A stretch of DNA of 63,512 nt, counting the filler, from Choristocarpus tenellus KU-1152 (Eukaryota > Protista > Phaeophyceae): NCBI GenBank assembly GCA_964200185.2. It is 12 parts of 12 records of this genome, joined end to end, with 100 filler letters (N's around TTAATTAATTAA, not from the genome) between each part and the next. Parts side by side here need not be neighbours in the genome. Positions count along the whole stretch, not along the records: positions 18,318 to 26,711 come from CAXNAD020004767.1; positions 26,812 to 40,314 come from CAXNAD020001470.1; 10 more parts are not named here. One strand, written 5' to 3'. Positions within the stretch are counted from its first letter, which is position 1; each line of letters starts with the position of its first letter. Positions 24,701-37,900 of the stretch are shown piece by piece. Made by a program: the position numbers and the translations under genes. Below the pieces are notes generated by a model. It made no database searches. It was not told where the DNA came from and saw only the letters and a list, made by a program, of their open reading frames with translations.

Positions 24701-26711
24701 GTCTTTACCTCCCCGTGAATTGAGGTATAGCATGTCCTATTTTTATGTTGATGCTAACACTAACTTGCTTTGTCGATCATATTTTCCAGGGCATATACGC
24801 AAACACCGTGCTTCTCGTGGTCAATTCAATTTAATGGTTCTAAAATAATTGCAATCTTTGGTCTTGCATGCTTGCCATTACCATCCCGCTTCGGGAGATC
24901 ATTTCGGTCTTTCTCATACTCTTGACAAGGTACGAGACCAGTATTGGTGGCCCATGTTTCAAAAAGATGTTAGAGAGTGGTGTGAAAGATGTCAACTTTG
25001 TCAAAGACGAAAAACCTCTCACAGACGTCCTACATTACCCCAAGGACAAATTCCTGCCACTCAACCATTTGAACGGATTGCTGTTGATCTTGTACAATAT
25101 AAAAACCATATCCTGTGGTTGCCGTTATGTTATTTCGGCTATTTGTCAGTTGACACGCTTTGCTTTTCTCATTCCCATTCCAGACAAACAAGAAGTTACC
25201 ATTGCCAAAGCTTTGTTTGAAAGGATATTTTCAATATTTGGGGCACCCGAAATCCTTCACTCTGACCAAGGTTCGGAATTTGAAAATAAACTTGTTCTGG
25301 AATTGCAGACAGTGTTTGGGTATAATAAAACTCGAACCACACCCTACAGACCACAGGGTAACTCTGTCTTAGAGTGTGTTCATTCTACTCTGCATCAAAT
25401 GTTATCCATGTACAGTAACATAGCCGAGAATATTTGGGCGACTGTTGTTCCATTCCTTCAATTGGCTCACAATACGGCATACAATACCACATTACAAGAA
25501 ACACCTTTTCCCCTACTTTTTGGATGCCAGCCGATTTTACCGATATATGTCATTTTTGGTCTATCTAAAACAACAGTTGCACAATCTAGTCAAGAGTTTA
25601 CTCAATCAACAGCTGAGAATTTACAATTAGCTTTTGAATTAGCCCGTCGCAATCTGGGAGAACGGAATGCTAAGAAAATCGCTAGCAATGAAACTCTTGT
25701 TTTCCCAGTGTTTCAAGTTGGAGCTCAAGTTTTTGTGAATCGTCCACATACTGACCGTGACGGACCTAATCCAAAATTGATTCATCCTTGGCGTGGACCT
25801 TTCACAGTGACCGCGAAGATTTCCCCTGTAGTTAACTGTGTCTGCAAACAGGATGACATCAAAAATATTTATGTTCACTTAACCCACTTGAAACCTTATA
25901 TTCCAAATGCACAACCACCTGAACCTGATTTTATGAAACTCAGTGAGTTTTTTCTTGGTCGAACTTTACCCTTACCGGATCTGAATGATTTAGAATCTCC
26001 AGTAACCATTGGTCCTTACATTATTGAAGCTATTGTGGGACACAAGTTTGGCCGTGGACCTCGTTCACCTATGAACATAGAATATAGATTATTCCTTAAA
26101 GGCTATGGCCGTGCTTCTGATGTATTCTATCGTCCACATGATTTGCCACAATGTGCAGAAATGATTGCTGCATACAGGCAACAACATAGTCTGGATACAC
26201 CTAATTCCAACACAAAACCTTCGATTGATATCAACTCTGATCCATGAAAACGTTTCCATACTTCATTGAATTTTATGCTGAAGGTATTATATATATATTC
26301 AAATATGTATGTGTTGCGAATTTTATTTGTGTTTCAGTAAATGATTGGTGGTTGTGTTGTTACATATATATATATATATGTCACATGGATGTTTATTTGG
26401 CCATATCAACTTATCATAAGTTGATTTTTTTTTTGTACATGTGCACCCATGTATGAATAGCAGAGACCCAAGTTCATTTTTTCCAAATGACTCTTGCACA
26501 CTTAACAGCACATTTGGAGAATTGAGGAAGAAGCGGGGCGATGAGGATGGTTGACGATCGAAAACGAACTTGAAAAAGTAACGAAAAGTTTTTTTGCAAA
26601 TGTTTTTGCACATGTAAGGGCCCGGGATATGTCTTTTTTTGGAAATGTTTCGGCACTTTTTAAGGGTCCGGATATATTTTTGTTCAAATATTACGGTACT
26701 TTTTGTGGAGG
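21780..26711 (+). mobile_element. Decayed Ty3/Gypsy LTR retrotransposon with chromodomain (5' LTR 21780-22084, PBS 22086-22099; 3' LTR lost at contig end)
   Basis: TG..CA LTR followed by PBS TGGCGACGACGGCA. Pol order is PR-RT-RH-IN. A purine run starts just before the gap. Confidence 0.95.
22352..26247 (+). pseudogene. Gypsy pol: protease remnant, RT, RNase H, integrase, chromodomain; several stops and frameshifts
   Basis: RFCIDYR, DKTAFVT, LPFGLSNAP, YMDD; VHVDTS, TDHAAL, NVVPDALSR; H-H-CxxC zinc finger, HSDQGSEF, WRGPF; C-terminal YIIEAIVGHK...EYRLFLKGYG...CAEMIAAY. Confidence 0.95.
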
Positions 26712-27091
26712 NNNNNNNNNNNNNNNNNNNNNNNNNNNNNNNNNNNNNNNNNNNNTTAATTAATTAANNNNNNNNNNNNNNNNNNNNNNNNNNNNNNNNN
26801 NNNNNNNNNNNCCTCCCCCCCCCCCCCCCCCCAGATACTTTGACCCTAGAACACACTTTTGTGTTTTGTACTTTGAAGACTATTGGTGGATGCGGGAAAA
26901 TGACTACTAGCAAAACCTAAACCAGATAGAAATTCGGGGTGTTGTGGATAGTAAGCAATTCAATCACACCCTGATTTTGATTAAATCGTGATGATCAATC
27001 AAAACAAAAACAAAAAAAGTTGAAGGTCAATTTCTATCTTCTTTGTCACACAAATTGTATTGCGTATTTTGTCTTGCGGAGCTAGGCAATT

Positions 27092-27346
27092 GAGGCGAAG
27101 TATCTTAGAGGGTAGAGCCGCGTCCATTTGGCGGTCAAAATCTAATTTTACAATTTTGATATAATTTTGACTATCATGTTTGTTAAGAGATATCAATATC
27201 CTACTTCTGGACACAGCTTTTCATAGCATACACATTTTACAAACTCTGAAACATTTTGGAGTAGGTAAAATTTCATTAAAAACCTGTGAGAAGCCAAGCC
27301 CCAAATGGACAGAGAAAAACTCGTACCCTCTAAGATACTTTAACTC
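27092..27346. mobile_element. MITE family B (~255 bp)
   Basis: TIR AAGTATCTTAGAGGGTA / TACCCTCTAAGATACTT, TSD ATT. Confidence 0.9.
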
Positions 27347-28118
27347 ATTCACACTTTACAGAATGCGCAATGCATGTATGTATGTATGCTTCAATCGTGA
27401 TTGAGAGTGGGAAATTTCCTGCCTGTGTCAGCTCATACCCAAAAAGATGTTTTCCAATCACAATGCTACTATTTAGCACTATCAGGTGGTAACAAGTGTT
27501 CTCCTCCATTGCCTCCAAGTGATGCCATGGCCAGACCTCCAGACAGTAACTAGAAAGCCAGGGAAATTAACTAATCATGGTTCTTCCCTGATCCAAAGCA
27601 TAGAAGAGGATGGGAGTTTTTGCCCCTTTTTGGTATTCTGTGTGAACAACAGTTACCTACTCCGAAACGTTTCGGAGTACAACCATGAAAGGTGTGTCCG
27701 GAGCAAGGATACTGACACTTGCCAAAAAGCACGATGGCCAAGGCTCATCAAAATCGCAACATTGGATTTATGACCCAAAACGGGTGCGGCCCCACCCTCA
27801 TTTACCACATCCGAGTCACCTGTATCTGCGATTTGTACATTATTGACCTCCAACGTAGTTGACACATGATACCAAGTTGGACGGTGTCATTTCTTGGCAT
27901 TGTTTGGGATTTTGATCTCAGGCAGGCTGGGTGCAATATCTACTAACCTATAACCGTGACACAGTAGGTGTCTAACATTTCATCTCACACAATTGCCACA
28001 CAGTAGGCGCAGAACACTCAAAATACAATACAACATCTCACTGTAACAGTATGGTGAGATGGAGGCATGATGAGAGGTTCCGAATCAGTTCTTGCCGCTT
28101 CTGTTTCTAAAAACGCAG

Positions 28119-28297
28119 GCGAAATTTGATGAGGACAGTGAGATGCATGCACGACTTGAAACGTGGGTGGAGGTGTGTAACCTGAAAAAAGAGAAAATTG
28201 CAAGAGGCTGCACAACTGTCTTCGATCCAGAAGTGGGCTTTCAGCTCCATGAGAAAGCAACAAGGATCAAAAAAGGAATACTACGTGCCTGGCACAG
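28119..28297 (+). CDS. Probable exon of an unknown protein
   Basis: Open frame AKFDEDSEMHARLETWVEVCNLKKEK... between a CAG acceptor and a GTGAG donor. A possible in-phase next exon starts at 28531. Confidence 0.5.
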
Positions 28298-29916
28298 GTG
28301 AGCACGGGGACATGGGTTGTTTTTTTTAAACAGGCTGTGCATTTGTGTGTGTGGCGTGACCACTTGAGCACATGATTGTTTCTTTTTTTTCTTAAGGTTA
28401 GGTAAGAGCGAAGAGGTGGACCTTATTTGAGTCAGAGTGAGCTATGTGTTTGGATTGAAGATGTTGTTGGCACCTTCAACAAGCGGAATTAGTCGAAATT
28501 TCCAACTCACGATTTTTTTTCCTTCCTCAGTTCAAATGCCATCAAGATCATGAACAGGCTAAAAGAGGTTTGTGGCCAACACGAGTTTCACAGTTACTGC
28601 TGGTTTATCAGCTCCAATGAGAAGGGCTTAAACTGTAGCTGAGGTCAATGCTTAGACTTGTTTCATACCAGGCACTCCAGTCTTAACTTGATTACCTGAG
28701 AAATGCCTAGCCGAGCCAGCAATCCCGTCCCGTGGCACTTAGACATACCTCACACAGAGTCAAATAAAATGTTTGAAAGGGAAAGCAATAATTTGAAATT
28801 CGATTCACTAATATGCACCTCCGCCAACAAACACCATTCAGAACAACAATTTAGTGAGTAGGTGTAACAATTAGTCTCGGGATCCTATTTTCTCGGTACT
28901 ATAAACATTTTAGCAAGTTTTAAAAAGTTGTCACACCTGCTATAAGCTATCAAGAGCATTCATTATATCCGAGGCATTGTTAGCAACGACGGCGGTTCAT
29001 ACACTAGCAACAAAAATAAAAGCTGCCTATGCTATGAACAGATAAGGCCGTACTGTAGACATAGGTGTTGACATGATGTTGCAAGCTGTGTTGTGTGTTT
29101 ACCTATCAGATTATATCAACCACCATGTGGAAGGTGTCTCTGTTGTGACCCACACTAGGGTTGTGCTTGATAGATCGCTGGCATTGACATGTCCAACAGG
29201 GCCTACTCTTCACAAGGAACAGGATGGCGACCCCTCCCCCCCCCCCTACTCTATTTCGTCCCGTTAGAGGGTATCATTTTATCGAGCGTACACATCATCA
29301 CGGTTGGTAGTGTGTTTACATGCAATGTAACACGTAATAAGCACTGTTCTGAAAGGCATTAGATAAAAGAGAAAGCAAGATATCGTCATCATGGAAATAA
29401 GATGGGTCAGTCTTGGTTTGATTTATTTTTTTATTTGTAAGAAATTATATCAGGGCAACAAAATATTGACATGGTGTTGGATATTTTAATTTCCTCGCCA
29501 TCAAGAATTTGTCGTGCTTCCAGAAAACGAACTCTACACAGCACAAAAGAGAAAGTGCTGCAGACCAACTGACTGTCTTGCACAGTTTGGTCAACAAGTT
29601 GTCCTGCATATCTTGGGACCGGTGTAGAACCCAAATGGAAAGACCGGAACGTTGTGGTTGGGTGGATGAGTATCTTGGAGTAGTAAAAGGCTGCAAAGCA
29701 AGAGTGTTGTTTGCAGCATTCTTTTTCGTCCTCTACTATCATTATGAAGAGTATCCTAGCGGCTCATGATTTCAGAGGCTGTTCCCTCCATGGGTTTCAT
29801 GGATTAGAACCCTGTTATTGCCATATTTCCTTTGAAGAAAATCTGGTTTCAAAGGATGAATCAATTTCCACGTGACAAAAGCTATGTATTGACACCAATA
29901 CTATCCTATCTATCAC

Positions 29917-30198
29917 TATACAAAAAAAGTGGTGGACTAAGAATGATGTGATCGCAAGGTTTCACTGCAAACCAATACTGAGGCGGGTCCACAACAAGAT
30001 TCGAGGGTGGAGGTGGAGCAACAACGGGTGGGATGACTGAATCCAGTGTGCAAGAATATATACAAAAAAAGTAGTGGACTAAGAATGATGTGATCGCAAG
30101 GTTTCACTGCAAACCAATACTGAGGCGGGTCCACAACAAGATTCGAGGGTGGAGGTGGAGCAACAACGGGTGGGATGGCTGAATCCAGTGTGCAAGAA
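29917..30198. repeat. Near-perfect 2x ~142 bp tandem duplication
   Basis: TATACAAAAAAAGT(G/A)GTGGACTAAGAATG...CCAGTGTGCAAGAA occurs twice. Confidence 0.95.
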
Positions 30199-31582
30199 GC
30201 CAAGCATGAACCGAGGTAGTACAAGCAGTTGTAGTGCAACTACAAGTTCTTCAGTTAAGAAGCATTAAGTGAGCAACTCACACGGCAACAATCCTGGGGT
30301 AGGTGTTCCTGGATCTAACTTATAGGATAGAACAACATCATCTAGAGAAGCGATATGAACTGTTGCAATTGAATCACCACGATATCATCGAATCAAGATA
30401 ATCAAATACTGAAATTGAGGGGTGATTTTCAATTAGATATTTTTCTCGGAAGTGAGCACTATGAGCTCTCCTTACAAAGCTCGGCGATTCATCCAGCTCA
30501 GTTCATGCTGGTGTGCGAACTTTTTGTTTTTATCTTGAGTACATTGAAAATGTTCCTGTAGAGTGTCCCTTCTACAAGTTCTCTTCATTGAATGTGCGAG
30601 TCTGAATCAGGATGAGGACAAGCTATCTTGCAACTATATATCTGTTTTCAGTGGACCAAGTGGCAATCTCAATGGAAAGGTAACCTTACTGTCTGTCACT
30701 AAACCATAAAAGAGAACACAGCGACCTCTTGATGGTGATATGAATTCACTGAGGCCATAAGAATATTTCAACAGAATCGAGGGAGGATGTACAGTGATGA
30801 GCCGTGGGATAGCTCAACCCAATGCTTGAAAAAAATTCAAGGTACACATGGGGCAATAATATTAGCATTGCATAAGATTGTAAAAGCTAGTGGGTAGTTG
30901 GTTAGAAGAATTGCAATGTGCAGTGCCTTTGACCATGAGCTGCGGCTAGGTAGGGTTGACGTTGAAGTTCCTAGCCCCAGACCCACGCGAGATAATGATC
31001 AAACATTAGACAAACATAGAAACGTGAATCCAACCTCAATCGTGTTTTTCTTTTTTCCCCCGGGTGCAACAAAGGCACTCATGAGAATGGAACAGCAAAG
31101 TATCTGTGCAGACACCCTATTGGGACAACTTGGTTCAATAATATATGAAAAAAAATAAACTAGCATTCTAACTAATACAAGAGTTTGCTTCCCCAATACA
31201 GACATCGCCACAGCTCACGCACATTATGTACCACTTTTTTATGCATGATATCACATCCGCATCTCTCGTTCATCCGTCCGGACAATTAAGGGCTGAGAAA
31301 AGGACCCATCGTGCAAAAGAAGCTGCAGTGGCAGAACTTGCGTCCAAGATGGATGGCGAGACAGGGCACAACAAGATCCTGGCCAAGAAGGTCGCCCAAC
31401 AACTGTTCAAGAAGTGGATACAAGTCAAAGACAAGGAGGAGGCAAGTTTCAAGAACGAAGTGGAAAGGGAACAGAGAGGATTGAGATAGGGGGTAAACAA
31501 GAGAGGAAGCCGGAGGGGGAGAGTGCCTTGAGTTGCCCGATACCTAGTATTTCCATTGCTGCTCCCCAGCACATCAGTTATG

Positions 31583-31844
31583 GAGGCAAATTATCTTAGA
31601 GGGTAGGTCCACGTCCAATTGGGGGTCAAAATCCATTGCTGGGATTTTGATTAAATTTTGGCTATCGTGTTTGTGAGGAAGTGTCAATATCCTTGTTCTG
31701 GAAACACCTTTTCATAAGGTATACATTTTACCTACTCCGAAATATTTTGGAGTAGTAGGAAAATGCCATTAAAACCTCCATGGGAAGCCAAGCCCCAAAT
31801 GGACAAACAGGGCAAAACTCGTACCCTCCAAGATACTTTCACTC
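31583..31844. mobile_element. MITE family B
   Basis: Family B TIRs, TSD ATG. Confidence 0.9.
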
Positions 31845-33373
31845 ATGTCTTGGCATGATAAACAATTAGCAACAACAATATAGAATATATATAAACAATT
31901 ATGAGTGAATGTCCCCTATTCACGCCAATGTTCTACAGAGGCTATTCCAATGATCGGAACTTCTATTCCTCCTACCTCTCGATCTTATACTCATTTTTTT
32001 CAGGACTTGACTTTTGATTCTCAATTGGACTGTGAAGATTTCAAGTTGAAAAGTAGAAAGAACGAAACTCGAAACCTGTTCTCAAGCTTCAATATGTTTG
32101 AGCTCTGATATCGTGTAGATTGTTGACAAATTTTTAATCACCAAGTTCGGGTCTGTGCAGTACTACTGTAAGCATCACACATAGAAGTGGAGCACCTGTA
32201 CCATATTGACGCTGCCCTATTTTTCTTCAAGGTTGGACGTTTCTGGGTTACGCTTAGATCTTGCTGAGGATACTTCTCTTCCAATTTGTTAGTTTATGTC
32301 CTTCAACAAATAAACCAATATCACAAAATTCTGAATCAAAAAGCTGAGGGCATAGCAGGTATAGCGCCTAATTCATCGTACCAGGTGCATAATCTGTCCT
32401 GGAGTAACATCTCCCTTCTCTAGTCTGTCCCAGCAGTGAAGTCACATGTTGCCAATAATTCAATAATTGCGATGTCCTGTTTCCTATTAATATAAACGAG
32501 GTCTGTTCCTTCACATTCCTTCCAACAATAGACCCACTACCTTGGCCTACCCAAAAACCAGACTCTTCAAGAAGTATATTTCACGCTGAAGGTCACTGTG
32601 TCCCAATTCCAGCCGTCCTCACTTCAAAGAAAATCAATGTGTGCCAAGACCTTGCAGAAGGATAACTTTTTCTGCTACCTAATTGAATACTTGGGGCTAC
32701 CTTGCCGAAGATATTCAGCTTCATTTTGTACAATTACCGCAAAATTGAGCACTACAAATACTCTAAATGTTTCGAACAAACCCCTTCCTCTGATACCTTT
32801 CAGTGACGCTTGTATTGCTATTTTGTGCATCTTGTATATATCTTTAGTCCATGTACCTTACTGAAAACAAAATGCAGAGGATGCAACACAAGATTCACTA
32901 GTTGCAGTAACCACAACACTTTTCACCATCAATCTCATAACCCAATCTCATCCTCATCATATTCCCCCCATTCATTTCTCAAATCAACTCAACCCTACCC
33001 ATCTATTGCCAATTACTCTATTTGTCTTCAATTCTTCGTTTAACAAGAACAGGTGCTTGTAATGAGGCATTCCCAGACCAAGGCAGACGAGAGTGTTAGT
33101 CAATGTGGAGTCATTCAGGTGGATATGGATACACCCACAGTGGTACTGAGAGAGTTTGTCAGGTGCTTTTGTGGACAATGGCTCAATGAGCATGCCAAGG
33201 TGAAAGAGTGAGGAGATCCAGGGGACTCTCTGCAAAGGAGAGAACAATCTATCGGGGGATGCAATCATGTCAATTCATGTGTAAAAATTATAGCTAGCTG
33301 ATGGAAGACCTTGTGAGGAGATTTATACAGTGCATTTAGGTGCCAATCTCCAGAAATTTTCTTGTTTCTCTTT

Positions 33374-33555
33374 GACCCAAAATATCTGGGGGGGGTGGAG
33401 ACTGTCCATTTGGGACCAAATTTTTCATGTCGCGATTTTTGGGCGATTTGTTTGTGTACGTCAGATGGATAATGTAAGTGCACTTTTCTTTGTTATGGCC
33501 CAAATATGCACACTGGTGTAGACCCCCCCCCCCCCCCCCCCTGGTACTTTGAGTC
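33374..33555. mobile_element. MITE family A
   Basis: Complete TIRs with G/C tracts, flanks TTT/TTG. Confidence 0.9.
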
Positions 33556-33580
33556 TTGGGTCTTCACTGAGGCTCGTAGG

Positions 33581-33697
33581 CTGAGCCAAAGTAAAGGAGA
33601 GGTACCCAGATTTTGGTCGATTTGCATTATAAGCCATTTTTCAATCTTTTTCAATTCACCGAAATTTCTATGGATGAAGTACTAAGTTTGGCTTGAG
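33581..33697. repeat. Small (~115 bp) TIR-like repeat, second copy ~53363-53482
   Basis: AGCCAAAGTAAA...TTTCTATGGATGAAGT(A/G)CTAAG is shared, and the ends are roughly inverted (GCCAAA/TTTGGC). Confidence 0.6.
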
Positions 33698-34905
33698 GGG
33701 GTTGATTTCTCTATTGTTTGACCTTTCAACACAATTCGGAAAATGTCCTATACACATCTAATACAGGAGGATATTTTTTTGCTTGTTTGCCGGCATCCTT
33801 AAAATGCAACTCTGGGTGCCTCTCATCTAGTTTGACTTGCAATTCAGGTGTTGCTTGTAATGCTGTGTCTCCTGCCCCTCAGTCATGTATATATTTGATT
33901 ATTGCTGTTGTATAAGAGCAACAAAGTTTGTTAATATTCCGAATCTTCGCATGAATCTTGCTGAAGTTGTAAAGTGACTTCTGGGTAGGAGGTCAGACAC
34001 GTTATTTACTCATTTCTTTCCTTGGACAGAGATGGTGAAGTTGTGCTGCCCCCATCCTTCTCTAGTAGGATGTTTTGGTCGTGAAGGGTATGTTTACCTC
34101 CTAAGAAAAGACCAAATTGACATATACAGGTCTATACTCCGATCATTTTGCATTTGTTGTGAAAGGGTTTGGGAGCTGACCAAGCCAAAATAATAGTTTC
34201 AGACTTGCATTGATTTGATCGATTCAGAAATATTCAGGTAGTGCTACCCGGTCAATGCAGATCTTGCCAATATCAACCAGTGCTAGCACTGGTTATTCCT
34301 GAAGCAAATTCAATCTCTAACCCTTTGCACACCCATCCACCACTTAAAACTAGGCACAAAAAAGGGAAAGGTCTGGGCTGTATATGCCAGGAAGTACGAA
34401 GAATATTCAAAATGTTCTGAGTTTGAAGTTAATTCCGTTTGATATATGTCCAAAAACACCTAGTGTGGAGAATGACTTCAGTGGTTTCCACTGACAAGCA
34501 AGAGGAGAAGGTGGTGCTTGATTTTTTCATCACTCATTCACCACATGGTTCCGCCTATTCCTTTTCCTTGTACTTGCTCTGAAAATGTTCTGATAAGATT
34601 ATGTTTAGAATGTACTAGACCTGTAAAAAAAAACGTCAGACAGGACTTTCAAGGTGTCATGGATACTTAATATCTAGTATGATACTTAGTACTATTGACA
34701 GATTCCAAGTGGATACATCGCATACCCTCATTGTAGTCTCCCCCACACAACCTTTTGCACAGCAATTGCTTCAGCATTAAACTTTTGAACAAAATCACTC
34801 ACACATAAAGTGGCCTATGTGACACTTCAGCAGGTGCAATAGAACTGCAAACACGAAACGATTCTAAAGACACGTATCAAATATCACACCTACCCCTAGA
34901 CATAC

Positions 34906-37900
34906 CTGCTCTCGCACCATGCTTGCTGCTTTGCTCCAACCCAGTCCCTGATGAACGATGTCTGTTATGGTCTCTTCCCACCACCTTGAGGTGCGAATTG
35001 GATAACAAAAAAAGAGTGGTTACGAAGTACATTCAATGGGAATGATAGTGGGGCTAGGCACTCAGTGTTCAGACGAGCTGAATACAGTTCGAATGAAAGG
35101 GAAAGCACTGTGTAGAGTAGATTTGCAGTCATATTTTCCCCTCTTTGCTACATGCCGACAAGATTTGCACAAGAGCCTAACATGATGAATTAGTCAAGCC
35201 ATCTATTAAGAGAGGAAGTGGAAGAGCACGGATGAGACATAGAGTTGGACAAAACAACAGCACTCACACGGGATACTGCTTGAGCACTATCTCTCGATCG
35301 GTGTCTGAACTAAGAATCTTTGCTATTCCGAACAATAGCATGAACTTGAACATCCACTTTCTCCGGGCCTTATCATGATTATCCAAGACATCCAGCATGG
35401 ACAAATATGAGGGTCAGATTACAACTATGCGTGGCAATGGCAGAGGACATTGAGGTCAACCGATCTTGTTTCTTGTGGAGGATGGGTGGGTAGGAGGAAT
35501 TGGTCTATGATGTGAAGAGGTGGGAGATAAGGCAGGATGTTATTCATTGCACAGTGTAATTTTTTGGCTTACCAACCTTGGCATGTGAACTCCACACGAG
35601 AGGCTATATTTTCTGCTTTCAGAGGATCAGACTCTTTCAAGGAGTTTCCTTCAAATTCCCCTATTTTATTCCATTCCTTCCATTTAACTGCACTGCTGCA
35701 CTCACCACATCATCATGCTCCCTCGCTTTCAACCATAACTTCCTCTTCTTTATCACTTTTTTGTGTCCCTTCCGAGTGGACCACCCTTTAAAGGTTGCCT
35801 GCTTGACAATATGTGCATGAAGAGGATTGCAATGATTATATTTTCTGTGTTGATGCCTGGCAACAGTATGTGTCAAAACGAAGAAATTGCACGCCATTTT
35901 TGGGGGTTAGGTCGGAAGGAAGGGACATTATGCGATCATATATCCTCAAAACATTCAGCTGTAATTTAGCTGGAGCAGAATTTGAAACTGACCCACGCTT
36001 CCCCACAACTGAAGGTCCTCAGCAAGAGATGTATGGCAACAACTGTAGCAAATAGAATGCTCATGAGTGCATCTAGATGAGCATGGTGCACTTTCTACTC
36101 TCTAAGCTTCCAGTCCCGCTTCTCCATAGGATACTCAAGAGCACGCAATATCTTGCCATGTGATAGGTAACCCGAATGATGCATCTTACCGATTATCATT
36201 GCAGCTAGCCTTTCCGACAGGGACGTCCAATAGAATGCGATTTTCCTTTCTCATTTCCTATCTCATTTCCTTTTCCCATGATATATATTAATGGGAACAT
36301 GGGGCAAACTATCCCACTAGAAAAATGAAATCTCTCATTTGATTGAGCAATTACGATTACCCTGCGGCACTATCACAAGAGAGCCTTCAAAGTATGGAGT
36401 GCTTTCTCTACTGATGTGCAGCAATCACAAACAAAGGATGAAAATATCTCAATGCACACATACTACTATACTCTGGAGTACCTTTCACGTTATTACTTAG
36501 TAGTGGACGATCATCTTCCCTACTCTCCTACTACCAATAACCCCCAAAACAACTTTGGTTCATCCTGCCTGTATCTTCGTCGCAGCTTGGCTCATCCTTT
36601 CTTCCACCATCTGCTTCCTAATCCTTTCCACCTCAGCAGCACGTTCAGCCTCTTGGGCTCTCTCCTCTATTTCTGCACACAGGCGAAGAAGGATCAGTGG
36701 GAAGTACGGTATGTCCTCCATCCTGCGGTACGGAAGGCGGATCATTCGGGGGAATGAGGCAACCAAGCAATCGAAGGGAAATAATACAATAGTTCCCTTC
36801 GATCAAGCATGCGAATGCTTATAGGGAGAGGACACATCTGGTGTGGATAGTTTCTCCTAGTGTACACTTCTACCATCTGAAGCATTTCCTCACATTTTAC
36901 AGTTGGTGTTGAGATCCTGGCAAAAGAAAAATGTGAGGATGTAGATTTCTATTGAGGTTGAAAGTACGCTCGTACTGGGTGAAAAAGGAGGCTAAAGAGT
37001 CAAAAGTATCTTAGAGGGTAGAGCTGCGTCCATTTGGGGTCCAAAATCCAACATTGCGATTTTGACATAATTCTGGCTATCATGTTTGTTAGGAAGTGCC
37101 AATAGCCTTGTTCGGACACACCTTTTCATAGCATATACAATTTACCTACTCCGAAATGTTTCGAGTAGGTAAAAAGCCATAAAAACCCATGGGACGCCGA
37201 GCCCCAAATGGACAAACAGGGCAAAACTCGTACCCTCTAAGATACTTTCACTCAAACATTCAAAAGATAATACTGCAGACCCACCCTTCAGAACTAGGCA
37301 TCAGTGCTAGAGACAGTGGTCAAGTTCTAGAAGAGAGCCGGTCCAGGGAAGGAAGATATATCACAAACAGCATGTCCAACAAGCATGTAGCCTGAGGAAT
37401 AGTCTGCATTCTTTTTAGTTGACGGTAATTTCATGAACACTGTGAAGGGATTGTATATTGAGATGCTGCCATGAGACTGTACTGTGAGTGAGGAATAGGG
37501 CTCTAGCTCCCTGCCAAAACAAGATAGAAGTGATACTGTATTCCACTGACAGGTAGTGTGCAGTAGAGCCAACAGGTTGTGTTGGGAGAGGGAACATACC
37601 TGTGAGATTCCAGAAGTTCCATTTCCAAGATATCAGCATGTTTATTTGCTTGGCAAGTCCGGCACAACAAAAGGTGACCCCCATCATCACAGCCAAAGCA
37701 TCGTTGGACCTGAAACGAATAGTCCAGATTTGAGACTGACACAGACGTTTAAGTGTCAAATTGAAAGGAGGCAGGATCTCCAGAGATAGGACCGGATTTT
37801 GATATCTCAATTACAAGGAGGAATACTGGTTTCAGATTAAGGAAACCATTGGAATGACAACCAGACAATCAGGAAGATTTGCACCAATGTGTCAATTGCA

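Noticed and set aside
31226-31489. Charged coiled-coil-like ORF
   Set aside because: No splice signals or family motif that I can support.
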